Positions 25,311 through 38,093 of a stretch of 64,000 bases of DNA are shown in pieces. The notes beneath the pieces are model-generated. The model ran no database searches, was not told where the DNA came from, and worked only from the letters and a program-made list of their open reading frames with translations. Positions within the stretch are counted from its first letter, which is position 1. The number at the start of each line of letters is the position of its first letter. Both the position numbers and the translations under genes were made by a program. The stretch is from Octopus vulgaris (Eukaryota), in the NCBI GenBank assembly GCA_951406725.2, contig OX597816.1:21204001-21268000 (forward strand), given 5' to 3'.

Positions 25311-25652
25311 AGTGCGTTAACTACAACATTAGAGCATTTTAGCTCTTATTTCTAGCAATGTTGGTGTTTTTTAACACCCTAGTCACTTTCAGTGACAATT
25401 ATAATTCTCCTTGTATGTTCATATGTATGCATGTACACACGCACGCATGTGTGTGTGCGTGTGTATGTGTGTATCTATGTGTATGTATATAAGCAGAGAG
25501 AAAGATTAATGGATGGATGAATGAATAAATGAAGGAAAAGTTGGTCTCTGGAAACAGAACTTTGTGGTGTTGACAAGTGTCTGCAAAAATTGGAGAGGCA
25601 CAGTAGTAGAGCAGGCCAGTGCAAACCATGTAAACACAGGAAAAAGTGTGTT

Positions 25653-26060
25653 ATCATCATTGTTTAACGTCCACTTTCCATGCTAGCATGGGTTGGACAA
25701 TTTGACTGTGGGCTGGCAAACCAGATGGCTGCACCAGACTTCAATCTTGATCTGGCAGAGTTTCTACAGCTGGATGCCCTTCCAAATGCCAACAACTCTG
25801 AGAGTGTAGTGGGTGCTTTTACATGCCACTGGCACAAGGGCCAGTCTGGCAGTACTGGCAATGGCCACATTTGAAATGGTGTCTTTACGTGCCACCTGGA
25901 CAGTAGTCAGTCCAGCGGCAATGGCAACGACCTCACTCGAATGTTTTGTTCATGTGCCACCAGCACAGGTGCCAGTAAGGTGACGCTTGTAATGATCATA
26001 CTCGAATGGTGCTTTTTCCATGCCACCGGCACAGAAGACAGTTAGCTGCTCTGGCAGTGA
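25653..26060 (-). mobile_element. SINE-like family C
   Basis: Family motif and internal repeats. Confidence 0.85.
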
Positions 26061-26504
26061 TTGTATAGATATAATAATGATAAATATATGCACATATAGA
26101 TATTCCTTTATACATTTGCATGTGTGCTTATGTAGAAAGAAGAAATATGGATTTAACTTGGTGCTTTTTATATTTGTCAGCATGTAGCATCTAAATGTCT
26201 TTTTTTATGTTTAATTATCTGTGTTTTAAGCTGATAGTTTGCCAATACTCATAGTGAATAGACAGTGGATCTTTTTGACATGATGTGAGAGTGATGGGCA
26301 GAATGCAGACAAGAAGCTAAAATGACTGATGTTGATGTATTATTTATATGGAAATATTCGATATTTTTACAATGTTTTTCATTAAAAACATTCTTGTGAA
26401 TGTATTTCTTCATGAAACAAAAAATCGAACATTCTGAAAATAATGCTTATACTCTGTGGCCATTATACTTGTTAAGATATATAAGATAAATGTATAACAT
26501 ATAT

Positions 26505-26556
<52 letters not shown>

Positions 26557-27175
26557 CCCCTTTGCTTAAAATAACTCTACAGTCACTGACCCTTACTAGG
26601 ACTGACACAAGCAATTACTACCAAATTTCCTCCCCAAAAACCTTAGACTTTGAAGCTACCAGACATCTATTACTCTCTTTAAATTTTTTCATTTCTCTCT
26701 ATTTTCTTCCCCTACCTCCCCATTCTCTCTCTTTTCTACTTGGCTACTCTGTACAAAATTCTTAGACACTGTACACCTATATACCTTACTTTATTCTATA
26801 GCCAATCCTTAAAATCCCTCCTACTTCACTATATCCACCTCTCTTCCTATTTCTTTTCTTTTCTTTACTTTTACCGATTAATAGGCATCTCCACTACTGT
26901 TCTGTTATTGAACGTTGATATGTTCACATCTTTTTCTTCTTGAGATGTCCACTATATCAGGACTTATATAGATATACGCAAGATAGTATATAGATATATG
27001 CAGGATTGCACCTAAAGACTTAGACTCATGGATCTACACAGGATTGCACCTCAGTACTCATGCTTTGGTTTCCATAAGTGCAGAAAGTTGAACTATGACC
27101 ATTTATGCTTCTTTTTCCTTCTTTCCTCCTATGTTGTCATCTCATTAATATATACCATTTTCATTTTCCCTATTT

Positions 27176-27231
27176 GTCTCTGATGATGGAATATCCAATA
27201 CTCGGGAATATCCCAGAAACAGCTGTAAGAT
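27176..27231 (+). ncRNA. Type I hammerhead ribozyme (minimal, palindromic helix III) in a probable Penelope-like repeat (~26550-27430)
   Basis: GTCT-CTGATGA-TGGAATAT...ATATCCCA-GAA-ACAGCTGT-A-AGAT. Helix II is 8 bp with one mismatch, and the triplet is GUA. Confidence 0.75.
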
Positions 27232-27477
27232 TTTGAATTTCTTCTTGTAATGACATTGCATGACTTGAGATGTTTGCCTTGCCTTAAATTTTGACGTCCT
27301 GTTTAACAATTATATATTCGCTACATCGGAAATCTACAATGGCTCCATAACTAACATCTTGGCTATATCCTTGGAGGCTCAGTAATCTGCTACACCACTT
27401 ACCTAGTGTACCTAATCGTTTAGATCACCTCTGAACTAAACCCCCATACTTTGTACATACATACATACATACATACA

Positions 27478-27509
<32 letters not shown>

Positions 27510-27960
27510 CATATATATATATACAATTTTTCATTTTATCCAATTTCAGCTCATGAGCTGTGGCCATGCTGGGGCACTGCCATTTGGTGTTGCTACATGA
27601 TTTTACTTCACGAATGCTTTTTAGCAATTGACATTTGATGCATGAGAGAGTTTGATGCAGCTGCCCTCATTTGCACCTCCTGCCGTGAAGTTGGTTCATA
27701 TGTATTTATATATAATAGACATTTTAAAATATTTATGTAATTAGATATAGATTATTACCGATATTAGATTATTGGTGGGTTTCCTACCTTGTAAATTAAA
27801 ATTAATATTTAACATTATATTCGATTTTGATATAATCATAATTGTTAAGTTTTATGTTTCTAGTTTGATAATAGAGTTTATTATAAGTAAAATTATTATA
27901 TTATTTATATCTTTAAAATATTGTTTAAATATTTTTGATTATTTTTTTTAATATTTCAAT

Positions 27961-28056
27961 TAACCTGAAGATTGACTGTAACCATAACTCGAATTATTAA
28001 TTGAATTTAAATTATTGTTATTCGAATTGGTACAGCCATGAAACGATCGTAGCGTT
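27961..28056 (+). ncRNA. Hammerhead-like motif with extended helix II in an AT-rich repeat (~27700-28280)
   Basis: CTGAAGA (27965-71), helix II TGACTGTAACCA/TGGTACAGCCA with an inner TCGAAT/ATTCGA stem, then GAA-ACGATCGT-A. Helix I is imperfect. Confidence 0.6.
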
Positions 28057-28790
28057 TTACTCTTTATCTTTTATTAAACTTTTAATACTTTTGATATATA
28101 TTTAAAATAATATAAATTAAATTAATCTTATGTATTGGCTTATATTTTTCACTGTTTGATTTGCCTAATAGTGGTTTTATCTCTAATTTAATATAATGTA
28201 ATATATTTATACTATAATATTGGATTTAATCTTAAATCTGATTTTTCCCTGTAAGTTTGGATTTATTCCCTAATATTTTATTATATATATATATATATGA
28301 ATGTGTGTCTGTGTCTGTGAGTGTGTATACATATATGTATGTATGTATGAATGCATGTATGTATCAGTGTTCAGTTTTATTTCTTGTCAGTAGAGAAAGA
28401 GCTGGTTTCTAACCTAGATTCAAGGTTCCTTCATTGGAATTCAGTATCAACAACAGTATATTTTCGTTTGTATGTATGTATGTATGTATGTATGTATGTA
28501 TGCATATGTATATAAATAAATATATGTATATATCTATGTTTATGCTATGTATATATGAGCTTATGTAAACCCATTGAAAAAAGCATCTTACCTATTTCTA
28601 GCAATTACCAATTTTCTCTATACATGTATCTGCTTGTCTGTCTACTTATCTATCTATCTATCTCTCTATCTCTTTATCTTCCTATCTATCTTTGTGTGTT
28701 TGTGTATACATATATGTGTATATATATTTATATATGTGTATATTTTTTTTCTCTAGTTTCAGCTCAGAGCTGTGGCCATGCTGATGCATG

Positions 28791-28835
<45 letters not shown>

Positions 28836-29159
28836 CTATATCAATCTATGTATTAGTCAGCATATTCTCAAAATATTTCTTGGCACATAATTGTATTTGT
28901 ATTGATCAGAGAATTACAGATATTTATGTTTGCGAACACTTACATGAGGGGATGTTTAACTATTTCTTATGCATCTATGGAAACACACGCACACGCACAT
29001 GCACATGCACTCACACACATGGACATGCACATAAGCACATGCAGTTACATTCATATACTTCGTTACTTATCTACCCTGCATAAATTCATCCAATCAAATG
29101 CAGCTGAACATATATACAAAACAGCAAATGCATGTGAGCCTGTTGAAAGACTTTCTGCT

Positions 29160-29221
29160 TATATATATGTATAAATATGCATATATATATATATATGTGA
29201 GTGTGTATCTATATGTATATC

Positions 29222-29279
<58 letters not shown>

Positions 29280-29293
29280 TATATGTATATATT

Positions 29294-29331
<38 letters not shown>

Positions 29332-29625
29332 AATATATATACATACATACATATATATACATATATGTATGTATATATGCATATACATATACATATATAT
29401 ACACACATATATATATATGTACATATATATATGTATATATATATATATATATATATGAATATATATATATACACATACATATGTATGTTTGCATATATAT
29501 ATATATATATATATATTTCTATATATAATATATGCATATATAACTATACAAACATATATATACATATACATATGAATATGTATACACACACGCACATATC
29601 TATTTATGTATGTATATATATATGT
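29160..29625. repeat. Degenerate (TA)n/(CA)n microsatellite
   Basis: Direct reading; it is the source of the spurious Y/I/H ORFs. Confidence 0.95.
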
Positions 29626-31121
29626 TTCTGTTGTTAAAGCTAAAACTCAAAAGAAACTGTGGTACTTAGTTCAACAAACATCATTGAATATAAATTTCCC
29701 TAAGTAGTGTATGATTTCTCTTTATACCAAGCATTCCCGAAAGATTAAAAAGCAGAAGAAAAAAAAATGCTGTTGAACTAGATTCTGTTAATCAGCCTAA
29801 TACAATTTCCTGTGCCATTTCGATTTTACTTTCTTTAAGAAATAATATATATATACTTGATAGTATGAAATCAATTGCTATCATTTTAAAGCGGGTGCTC
29901 AAATGAGAGATCACTGTGGCCTTACTAGTTGGATCAATCTTTTGCAACTAGGTTACCAGTTAGCTCAATAGCTAGCCTGCTCTGGATAAGATGGAATATG
30001 TTTGGTTTAAAGTGGAACATAATATAAACTCATGAAATGTGTGTTTGTGGGGTTGTTTCCAGTAACAGTACACACTTGTCAGGAATATGTTGTACTATTT
30101 TGAGTGAGATATACATGCAGCTCTTTGATTAGATGCTTATTACTGGTACTTTTCTGTAGTAAAACAGTGGAGGCTCTATGTGGGTACTTTACTCTCTGAT
30201 AGGCCTATAGTAGAGCCTGTGTTGGTGAAGACCTCCAGTATTTTTGGCCCCCGAACCGGATCCCTGCTTACAACTATTGGGGTGGAGATGGTTGTCTGCA
30301 AGTACAAGCCCTGTGAGTTAGATTCTCATTCTAGCACATCTTGCTCATCATCTTCTGGGGCAACACCTTTACCATTTTCTCTGCTGGAGCCATGAGAAAC
30401 ATTTATATATTTTGAGAAGCAACCTTTTTCAAAATTATTTCAAATGAAGTAAAATAAAGCAAGAGCAGTGAGAACATAACCATAAACCCTTAACATATTC
30501 CTTGTATTAAATCTCTTTCAGGTCGTTTAATTGTTTCAGGCACAAATCCAATTTTGAAGCAAGGGGTTAGTCATTGCTTGACTATTATCTTATCAACATT
30601 GGACAGATGAAAGGCAAAGATGACTCTGGCAGGGTTTGAACTCTGAGCATTACAAGCCAGGAAAACATCATGAAACATTTATTCTGGTATTCTAATGATT
30701 CTTCGAATTTGCCCAAAACTATTTTTTTTTTTTCTAGTTTCAGCTCAGAGCTGCGGCCATGCTGATGCACCGCCATTATTAGTCATAATTTTTACAGACC
30801 ATAGATTCATGGAAATTAATGTTAAATATGTTTTTCCATATCATCATTCTTTTGCATCTACTTTCCATATGAATGGCTTGTGACTGTCTGGGTCTTTTTT
30901 TCCATGTCTTTGTAGAGTTAGTGTTCTTCTAGGATATTTCGAACCCTGTAGTTTGCTTTAGAGTTACACTTTTAGCTTGGTTGCTCACTCTGAATGCTTC
31001 TCTTATCACCAGTCACTTTGCAGAAAGTAGAAATACAATCCCATGCGCATATGGTGTAGGGGTTAACTGCACAAGCTACTAACTCCAAGATTCCAAGTTC
31101 AATTCCAAGCAGTAACCTGAA

Positions 31122-31156
<35 letters not shown>

Positions 31157-31224
31157 TGAGGATGATGATGAGGATGATGATGATGATGATGATGATAATG
31201 ATGATGAAGATGATGATGATGATG

Positions 31225-31267
<43 letters not shown>

Positions 31268-31287
31268 TGATGATGATGATGATCATA

Positions 31288-31324
<37 letters not shown>

Positions 31325-31359
31325 TGATGATGATGATGATGATGATGATAATAATAATG

Positions 31360-31393
<34 letters not shown>

Positions 31394-31431
31394 TGATGAC
31401 GATGATGATGATGATGATAATAATGATGAAA

Positions 31432-31484
<53 letters not shown>

Positions 31485-31521
31485 AACAACAACAACAATA
31501 ATAATAATAATAATAATAATA
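31122..31521. repeat. Compound (TAA)n/(TGA)n/(CAA)n trinucleotide repeat
   Basis: Direct reading. Confidence 0.97.
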
Positions 31522-31662
31522 AGGCACTGCACACATCCTACGCAGAACACTTTCCATACAATAACCATCAGAGCATCACAACAAATCACAGCACATACCC
31601 AAGGCACACAGAGCTGTGCTCGGTAGTGAAGTGAAAGCACGCAATAAAAATAAAACTACTGA
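31522..31662 (+). mobile_element. R4/Dong-type LINE, extreme 3' fragment
   Basis: Identical in structure to 32020-32160 (GTAHIL...* plus 3' UTR) and flanked by (TAA)n. Confidence 0.85.
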
Positions 31663-31681
31663 ATAATAATAATAATAATAA

Positions 31682-32160
31682 AGAAACCATACTTTGGGAT
31701 ATGCCTATACACACATACACACAGATAGAAAAATTAAGGCCAATAGGCCAGATATAGTTGTCAGAGATCATGAAGAAAAAAAATGCTTTCTGATTGATGT
31801 ATCAATACCAGCAGATGACAACTTGTCTCAAAAAGAAATGGAGAAACTTTCAAAATACAAAGACCTGGAAATAGAAGTAACTCAAACGTGGAATCTAAAA
31901 ACCGAAATAATTCCTATCATAGGAGGCACATAAGGTATGATAAAAAATATTCAGAGAAATACATAACAAAAACACCAGGACTTACAAATATATATAATAT
32001 ACAGAAAATTTCACTACTAGGCACTGCACACATCCTATGCAAAACACTTTCAATAGATTAACCATAAGAGCATCACAGCAAGCCACACCACATACCCAAG
32101 GCATGCAGAGCTGTGCTCAGTAGTGAAGTGAAAGCACGCTATAAAAATAAAACTACTGAA
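31682..32160 (+). mobile_element. R4/Dong-type LINE (restriction-like endonuclease domain), 5'-truncated
   Basis: HTDRKIKANRPDIVVRDHEEKKCFLIDVSIPADDNLSQKEMEKLSKYKDLEIEV...IQKISLLGTAHIL carries the RPD..D RLE motif and K..KY..L. Confidence 0.9.
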
Positions 32161-32440
32161 TCATCATCATCATCATCGTTTAGCGTCCGTTTACCATGCT
32201 AGCATGGGTTGGACGTTCTACTGGGGTCTGTGAAGCCAGAAGGCTTCATCAGGCCCAGTCAAATCTGGCAGTGTTTCTACGGCTGGATGCCCTTCCTAAC
32301 GCCAACCACTCCGTGAGTGTAGTGGGTGCTTTTTACGTGCCACCCGCACTGGTGCCAGACAGAGCTGGCAAACGGCCACGAACGGATGGGGCTTTTTATG
32401 TGCCACCGGCACGAGGGCAAGGCGAGGCTGGCAACGGACA
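32160..32440 (-). mobile_element. SINE-like family C
   Basis: CAT tail and family motif. Confidence 0.85.
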
Positions 32441-33414
32441 ATAATAATAATAATAATAATAATAATAATTAATAACAATAACGTCGAAAAATACCTTAGG
32501 AATGAGAACCCATGTTCGAAATTTCCCCAAAACACCCGATAAAGGCTGGAAGGTATATTAGCCAAATCATTGTGTTAACTAGAAACAAGATGAGGACAAA
32601 TATCTGTCAAATGTAAATAATGTAAATAATGTACTGTCCCCTTTTATCTTAATCTTTTTTGCACACATTTTTTCTTTGCGTACCAGTTGTAACACACGTG
32701 CACAGAGACAAAAGCTCATAGCTTAGAGTGAACATTAGTTCCTCTCACCTTGTAATCTGTCTCTTCCGTTAGCAAGCATTTGTACCTATGTCTTAAACCC
32801 ATACGTGTTGATTTACTCACATTCATAACTGAGTCTCTCTTAGTTTCATTATTCTTACTTGAACTAATATACTTTCAGTGGAATAAAATTACACCATTGC
32901 CTACTTTATTGCTTCGGTTTCCACTCCTAATCAATCACCAAAAATTTTGGTAATCAGCAATATACATTTTTTTTTTCCTTTCTTACATGTCAAAACCAGA
33001 ACCCAGATAACAACATATCCTCAACTGACAACTTACATTTCCTTCCAGCTTTGATGGTATTGACAAGGTGGTATAAACAGGAAACCAAAAAAAAAAAATA
33101 ATAATAAAAAAATGGTGTTTTAAAATGAAGAATGCATTACATTGAAATATGCCTCACATCCATCTGGTGGAACAAAGGCAAGAGAAATAAAAGAAGTGTT
33201 TGACCTTGACATTTTCATAACAAATATGTATTGATAACCTTCTTGTTACATGGCGATGATTGGCTGTCATTTCTGATAACATTTAACTTTGGTATTCTGA
33301 TCATAGCACTCCATCAAAAATGCTTAGAACTTGTTATTTACATCAAGATAAAATGCTATCCATTTGCAAAGAAAGCAAACCTGTGATGCTCTTGCCACAT
33401 TCTTTCAGAGACAT

Positions 33415-33625
33415 TCATCATCATCATCATCATCATCGTCGTCGTTTAACGTCCGTTTTCCATGCTGGCATGGGTTGGACGGTTCGACCGCGGTCTGGGA
33501 AGCCAGGAGGCTGCACCAGGCTCCAATCTTGATCTGGCAGAGTTTCTACAGCTAGATGCCCTTCCTAACGCCAACCACTCCAAGAGTGTAGAGTAGTGGG
33601 TGCTTTTTACGTGCCACCGGCACTA
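33415..33625 (-). mobile_element. SINE-like family C, 3' part
   Basis: CAT tail and family motif. Confidence 0.85.
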
Positions 33626-33851
33626 TCAAGTACAAGAGTACAAAACCTCACGGTAGTCAGTCTTGTTCTTTACTCTTGCTTATTTTTTACTCGCTTCAGT
33701 CATTGGACTGTGGCCATGCTGGGGCATTGCTTTGAAGGGTTTTGCTCCAACAGATTGATCTTAGTACTTCTTTTTTGAAATTTGGTTCTTATTCTGTCAG
33801 TCCCTTACGCCAAACTGCTAAGTCACAGGGACATAAACAAATCCAAAACCA

Positions 33852-34184
33852 GAAAATTACTATTTTTAAATCTAACAATGTGAGATATTCAGCAACAGTA
33901 CTTTGTAGTAAAGATTGCCAACATAACCTGGCAGTCCTCGTCTAGGATGAATGTTGCTGTAATTTAGCCCCAGGAGACATTGTCTCCAGCTGGCTATATG
34001 ACATGATCTGTGTCCTTACATTTTTGAGCAAGGTGGGTGCTAGATTCCCTTGTTCGAAAATGTAAAGACACAGATCGTGTCATATAGCCAGCTGGAGATG
34101 ATGTCTCCTGGGGCTAAATTACAGCAACATTCGTCCTAGACAGGGACAGTCATTTTATGTTGGCAAACAATCTTTACTACAAAA
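33852..34184. mobile_element. Long-hairpin (foldback/MITE-like) element inserted in a SINE B
   Basis: ~130-bp inverted arms TTTGTAGTAAAGATT...AATCTTTACTACAAA, plus a one-sided flank shared with the 38457-38735 copy. Candidate TSD CCAAAACC at 33843-33850 and 34185-34192. Confidence 0.8.
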
Positions 34185-34715
34185 CCAAAACCCTAGTCAA
34201 TTTATGAGGAGTGGGGGACAAACACTGGCACACATGCTCACCCATAAATATGTACATCACAAGCTTCCATTCAGTTTCCATCATTCAAATTTACTTATAA
34301 AATATTGGTTGGCCTTAGGCTATAATAGAAGATATTTGCCCAAGGTGCTGTGGGGTGGGACTGAACCTGTAAAAACACAGTTTCAAACCAAGCTTCTCCT
34401 GCATCTTGAATTCTGAATTTGTGTCACCAAGATGATCATATTTAAAATTTCATTCCTTCAGAGATGATAAACAGTACCAGTGATATTCTGAGGATTATCC
34501 TCTAAACTCTTTTACTTGTTTCAGTCATTTGACTGAGGCCATGCTGGAGCACCACCCTTAGTCGAGCAAATCAACTCCAGGACTTATTCTTTGTAAGCCT
34601 AGTACTTATTCTATCAGTCTCTTTTGCATGTAACAGGTTCTGGAGCATTCTTGAAGCCATGGTGAAAACTGAAGACAGCTATTTGAGTAAACTGTTATTT
34701 TCCAGCCATAATCTA

Positions 34716-35119
34716 CTCTTTTACTCTTTTAATTGTTTCAGTCATTTGACTGTGGCCATGCAGGAGCACCACCTTTAGTCGAGCAAATCAACCCCAGGAC
34801 TTATTCTTTGTAAGCCTAGTGCTTATTCTATCGGTCTCTTTTGCTGAACTGTTAAGTTACAGGGATATAAATAAACCAGCATTAGTTGTCAAAAGATGTT
34901 GGGAGGACAAACACAGTGATACAAAGATATACACATACACATACATACATATATATATACAATGTGCTTCCTTCAGTTTCCGTCTACCAAATCCACTCAC
35001 AAGTCTTTGGTTGGCCCGAGGCTATAGTAGAAGACACTTACCCAAGTTGTCATGCAGTGGGACTGAACCCGGAACCATGTGGTTTGTAAGCAAGCTACTT
35101 ACCACACAGCCACTCCTGT
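34716..35119 (-). mobile_element. SINE family B
   Basis: Reverse complement of the consensus. An additional partial tail lies at ~34507-34627. Confidence 0.85.
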
Positions 35120-35218
35120 CAATTTTATTTGCCTCATGCATTCTAAATTTAATTGCAACCAAACATCAAGACAGATTTCAACCTCTGACTTTATCCCCAG
35201 AATCTGTAAAGTTAATAC

Positions 35219-35454
35219 CTATTTCTTTACTACCCACAAGGGGCTACACACAGAGAGGACAAACAAGGACAGACAAATGGATTAAGTCGATTACATCGAC
35301 CCCAGTGCACAACTGGTACTCAATTTATCGACCCCGAAAGGATGAAAGGCAAAGTCGACCTCGACGGAATTTGAACTCAGAATGTAACAGCAGATGAAAT
35401 ACGGCTACGCATTTCGCCCAGCGTGCTAACGTTTCTGCCAGCTCGCCACCTTTA
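35219..35454 (-). mobile_element. SINE family A with 12-bp TSD
   Basis: TSD TAAAGTTAATAC at 35207-35218 and 35455-35466. Confidence 0.88.
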
Positions 35455-35984
35455 TAAAGTTAATACAAGTTATGTAACAATGCTTCTTCCAGTTGAAAAC
35501 ATTCACCTTTTACAAATAGCTGGATGCTAGTCAATGTTTAAAATCATAAAATGTATGAAGAAGCCAACTAAATCATTCGTTAACGAAGAGAGCCACATCT
35601 GTTAGAGTCAATGTACTGCTGTTCAATGGAAAAATTGTTGAGAGGACAATTCCTTTATAAAGATTTCCTTTGTAAATATAGCAATACAGTAATGACGGTG
35701 TCTTATGAATTGCTGAAAAGGAAGCTTAATGTTGAATTTAAGCCATATCATCATAATTTAATGTCCCCTTTTCCGTGCTTACGTCGCCAGACAGAATTTG
35801 TAGAGGGAGATTTTCTATGACTGGATGCCTCTTTTCTCACTAACACTTATCTGTCTCCAAGTCAGGTAGTATTTGTCCATAGCCAAATACATTTACATGG
35901 GGCATTAGAAAAGAAAGGACACTGCTTGCAGATGACAGTTACACTCATTTATGACTGTCATGTTATGCCAAGAAAAGGATGTGT

Positions 35985-36342
35985 GCGTGCACACACACAC
36001 AGACACACATATGCACACATGCACACAAACACATGAACACACACACATACAAACACATGCACACAAAACACACACACATATGCACACAAAACAAACACAC
36101 GCACACAAACACATGCACACTACAAACATACAAACATACACACACACAAACACATGCATGCACACACAAACACATACACACACAAATACACGCAAACACA
36201 CACACACACAAGCATGGAAACACACATACAAACACATGCACACACACACAAACGCACACAGACTCAAACACACATATTCAAACACATGCACACACACACA
36301 CACAAATACACACACATATATGCATACATATGTACATACACA
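35985..36342. repeat. Degenerate (CA)n-rich repeat
   Basis: Direct reading. Confidence 0.93.
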
Positions 36343-36742
36343 ATGACTTCCTTCAGTGTCAATCTGCCATATACACTCACACAGCTTTGGTTGGCATAGG
36401 GCTATAGTAGCAGACACTTACCTAAGGGGCTGCACAGTAGCATTGAACCCAAAACACTGTGCTTGGAAATCATTTTCCTGAACCACACAGCCAAGCCTTC
36501 TCCTATTTACCTAAATATGTGATTGGAAGAATATTTTGAGTTTCTTGAATTCAATCCACTCAAGAATTGGAAAGACTTTTGCAAATGTATTTACCATCAC
36601 CTGAAATCACCAACATTTCACCAGCCATTGAAATGGCAGGGTCTGTATGTGACTGTACAATATGCTAGAAATAGCTACCAAGCTACCTTCATATCACATT
36701 ATATTCTTTAGAAATAGAAATAACAGCATCATGAGACTGTTA

Positions 36743-37155
36743 TTCTTTTATTCTTTTACTTGTTTCAGTCATTTGACTGCAGCCATGCTGGAGCACTGCC
36801 TTTAGTCGAGCAAATAGACCCCAGAACTTATTCTTTGTAAGCCTAGTACTTATACTATCGGTCTCTTTTGCCGAACTGCTAAGTTATGGGGATGTAAACA
36901 CACCAGCTTCAGTTGTCAAGCGATGCTGGAGGGAGAAGCACAGACACACAAACATATACACACACACACACGCATATATATACATATATACAATGGGCTT
37001 CTTTCAGTTTCCGTTTACCAGACTCACTCACAAGGCTTTGGTTGGCTCTAGGCTATAGTAGAAGACATTTGCCCAAGGTACCACACAGTGGGACTGAACC
37101 TGGAACCACGTGATTGGTAAGCAAGCTACTTACCACACAGATACTCCTGCACCTA
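36743..37155 (-). mobile_element. SINE family B
   Basis: Reverse complement of the consensus. Confidence 0.87.
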
Positions 37156-38038
37156 TGAAGCCTTTCTTTATTCATGTAATATGTTTGAGATGACAAACAT
37201 CTCCCATGGATCACTCCCATGGAACACTCCCTGTTTTCCTAACCATTTGCAGGAGACTAACATTCGACAATGTATTCCTAACAAAATTATGCCAATAAAG
37301 AAATTAGTACATTCTATCCAAATCAGCTTGTTTTGGAGTGACTTTGAGCTAAGCAGTCCCAACTTGAATATCAATATAAGTATTTAGTGTCATTACTAAT
37401 CCAATAAAACGTACAAACTAGCTATTTATATGAAAGCCAAAACTGGTTTCCCAACCCTCTTTTTATGTTTCATAAGGAATGACATACACGCTGCATTCAC
37501 TAAGCTTATTTATAAAGTAATAAAACACACTTGATATTTTATACACAACAAAAACAGACTTAAGACTCGAGATATTTGATATATCAATTAGGTCCATAAT
37601 TCTTTATTAAATACTTTCCGGCATTCTACACATAATGGAACACAAAGTAGGGCTATAACTGCGCAAAGGGTCTAATGTTTGATATGTCAGTGTTTCCAGT
37701 CTCTTTGGAGTCTGACCATATATATATGTGTGTGTTTTTTGGTATGTATGCATTTGGTGTATATATGTGTGTGTATATGTATATAAATATGTGTATATAT
37801 ATATATATATATATGTGGTTGTTTTCCTCTCTAAAAACAAACGGAAAGTTCCATTATCGAACAGTAATTTTAATGGGGTTTTTTTCCTTATTTATCACCC
37901 AATGAAATACATCTGCACCACCAGATACTCCTGAACCACTTTTTGTATGTCTCACCAGAGGAGTCGAAGTTAGATGTGTCGAAACAATTGTTGTAATTAA
38001 TAATATATTCTCATATATTCCATCTCCTGTCTTTCATT

Positions 38039-38093
<55 letters not shown>

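Larger units (their letters stand above)
31047..32632 (+). mobile_element. Family F element (tRNA-like head + (TAA)n + hammerhead tail) expanded by nested insertions
   Basis: Head 31047-31121 matches 41461-41537 and tail 32470-32632 matches 41570-41722. Between them lie an expanded (TAA)/(TGA) tract, two Dong-type LINE ends and a SINE C copy. Confidence 0.75.

Noticed and set aside
29094-29637. Long Y/I/H/V/C-rich ORFs (also at 13037, 30972-31640, 35905-36417, 40753, 43554-44234, 45518-45984)
   Set aside because: These are translations of di- and trinucleotide microsatellites that lack stops in some frames. No evidence of coding.
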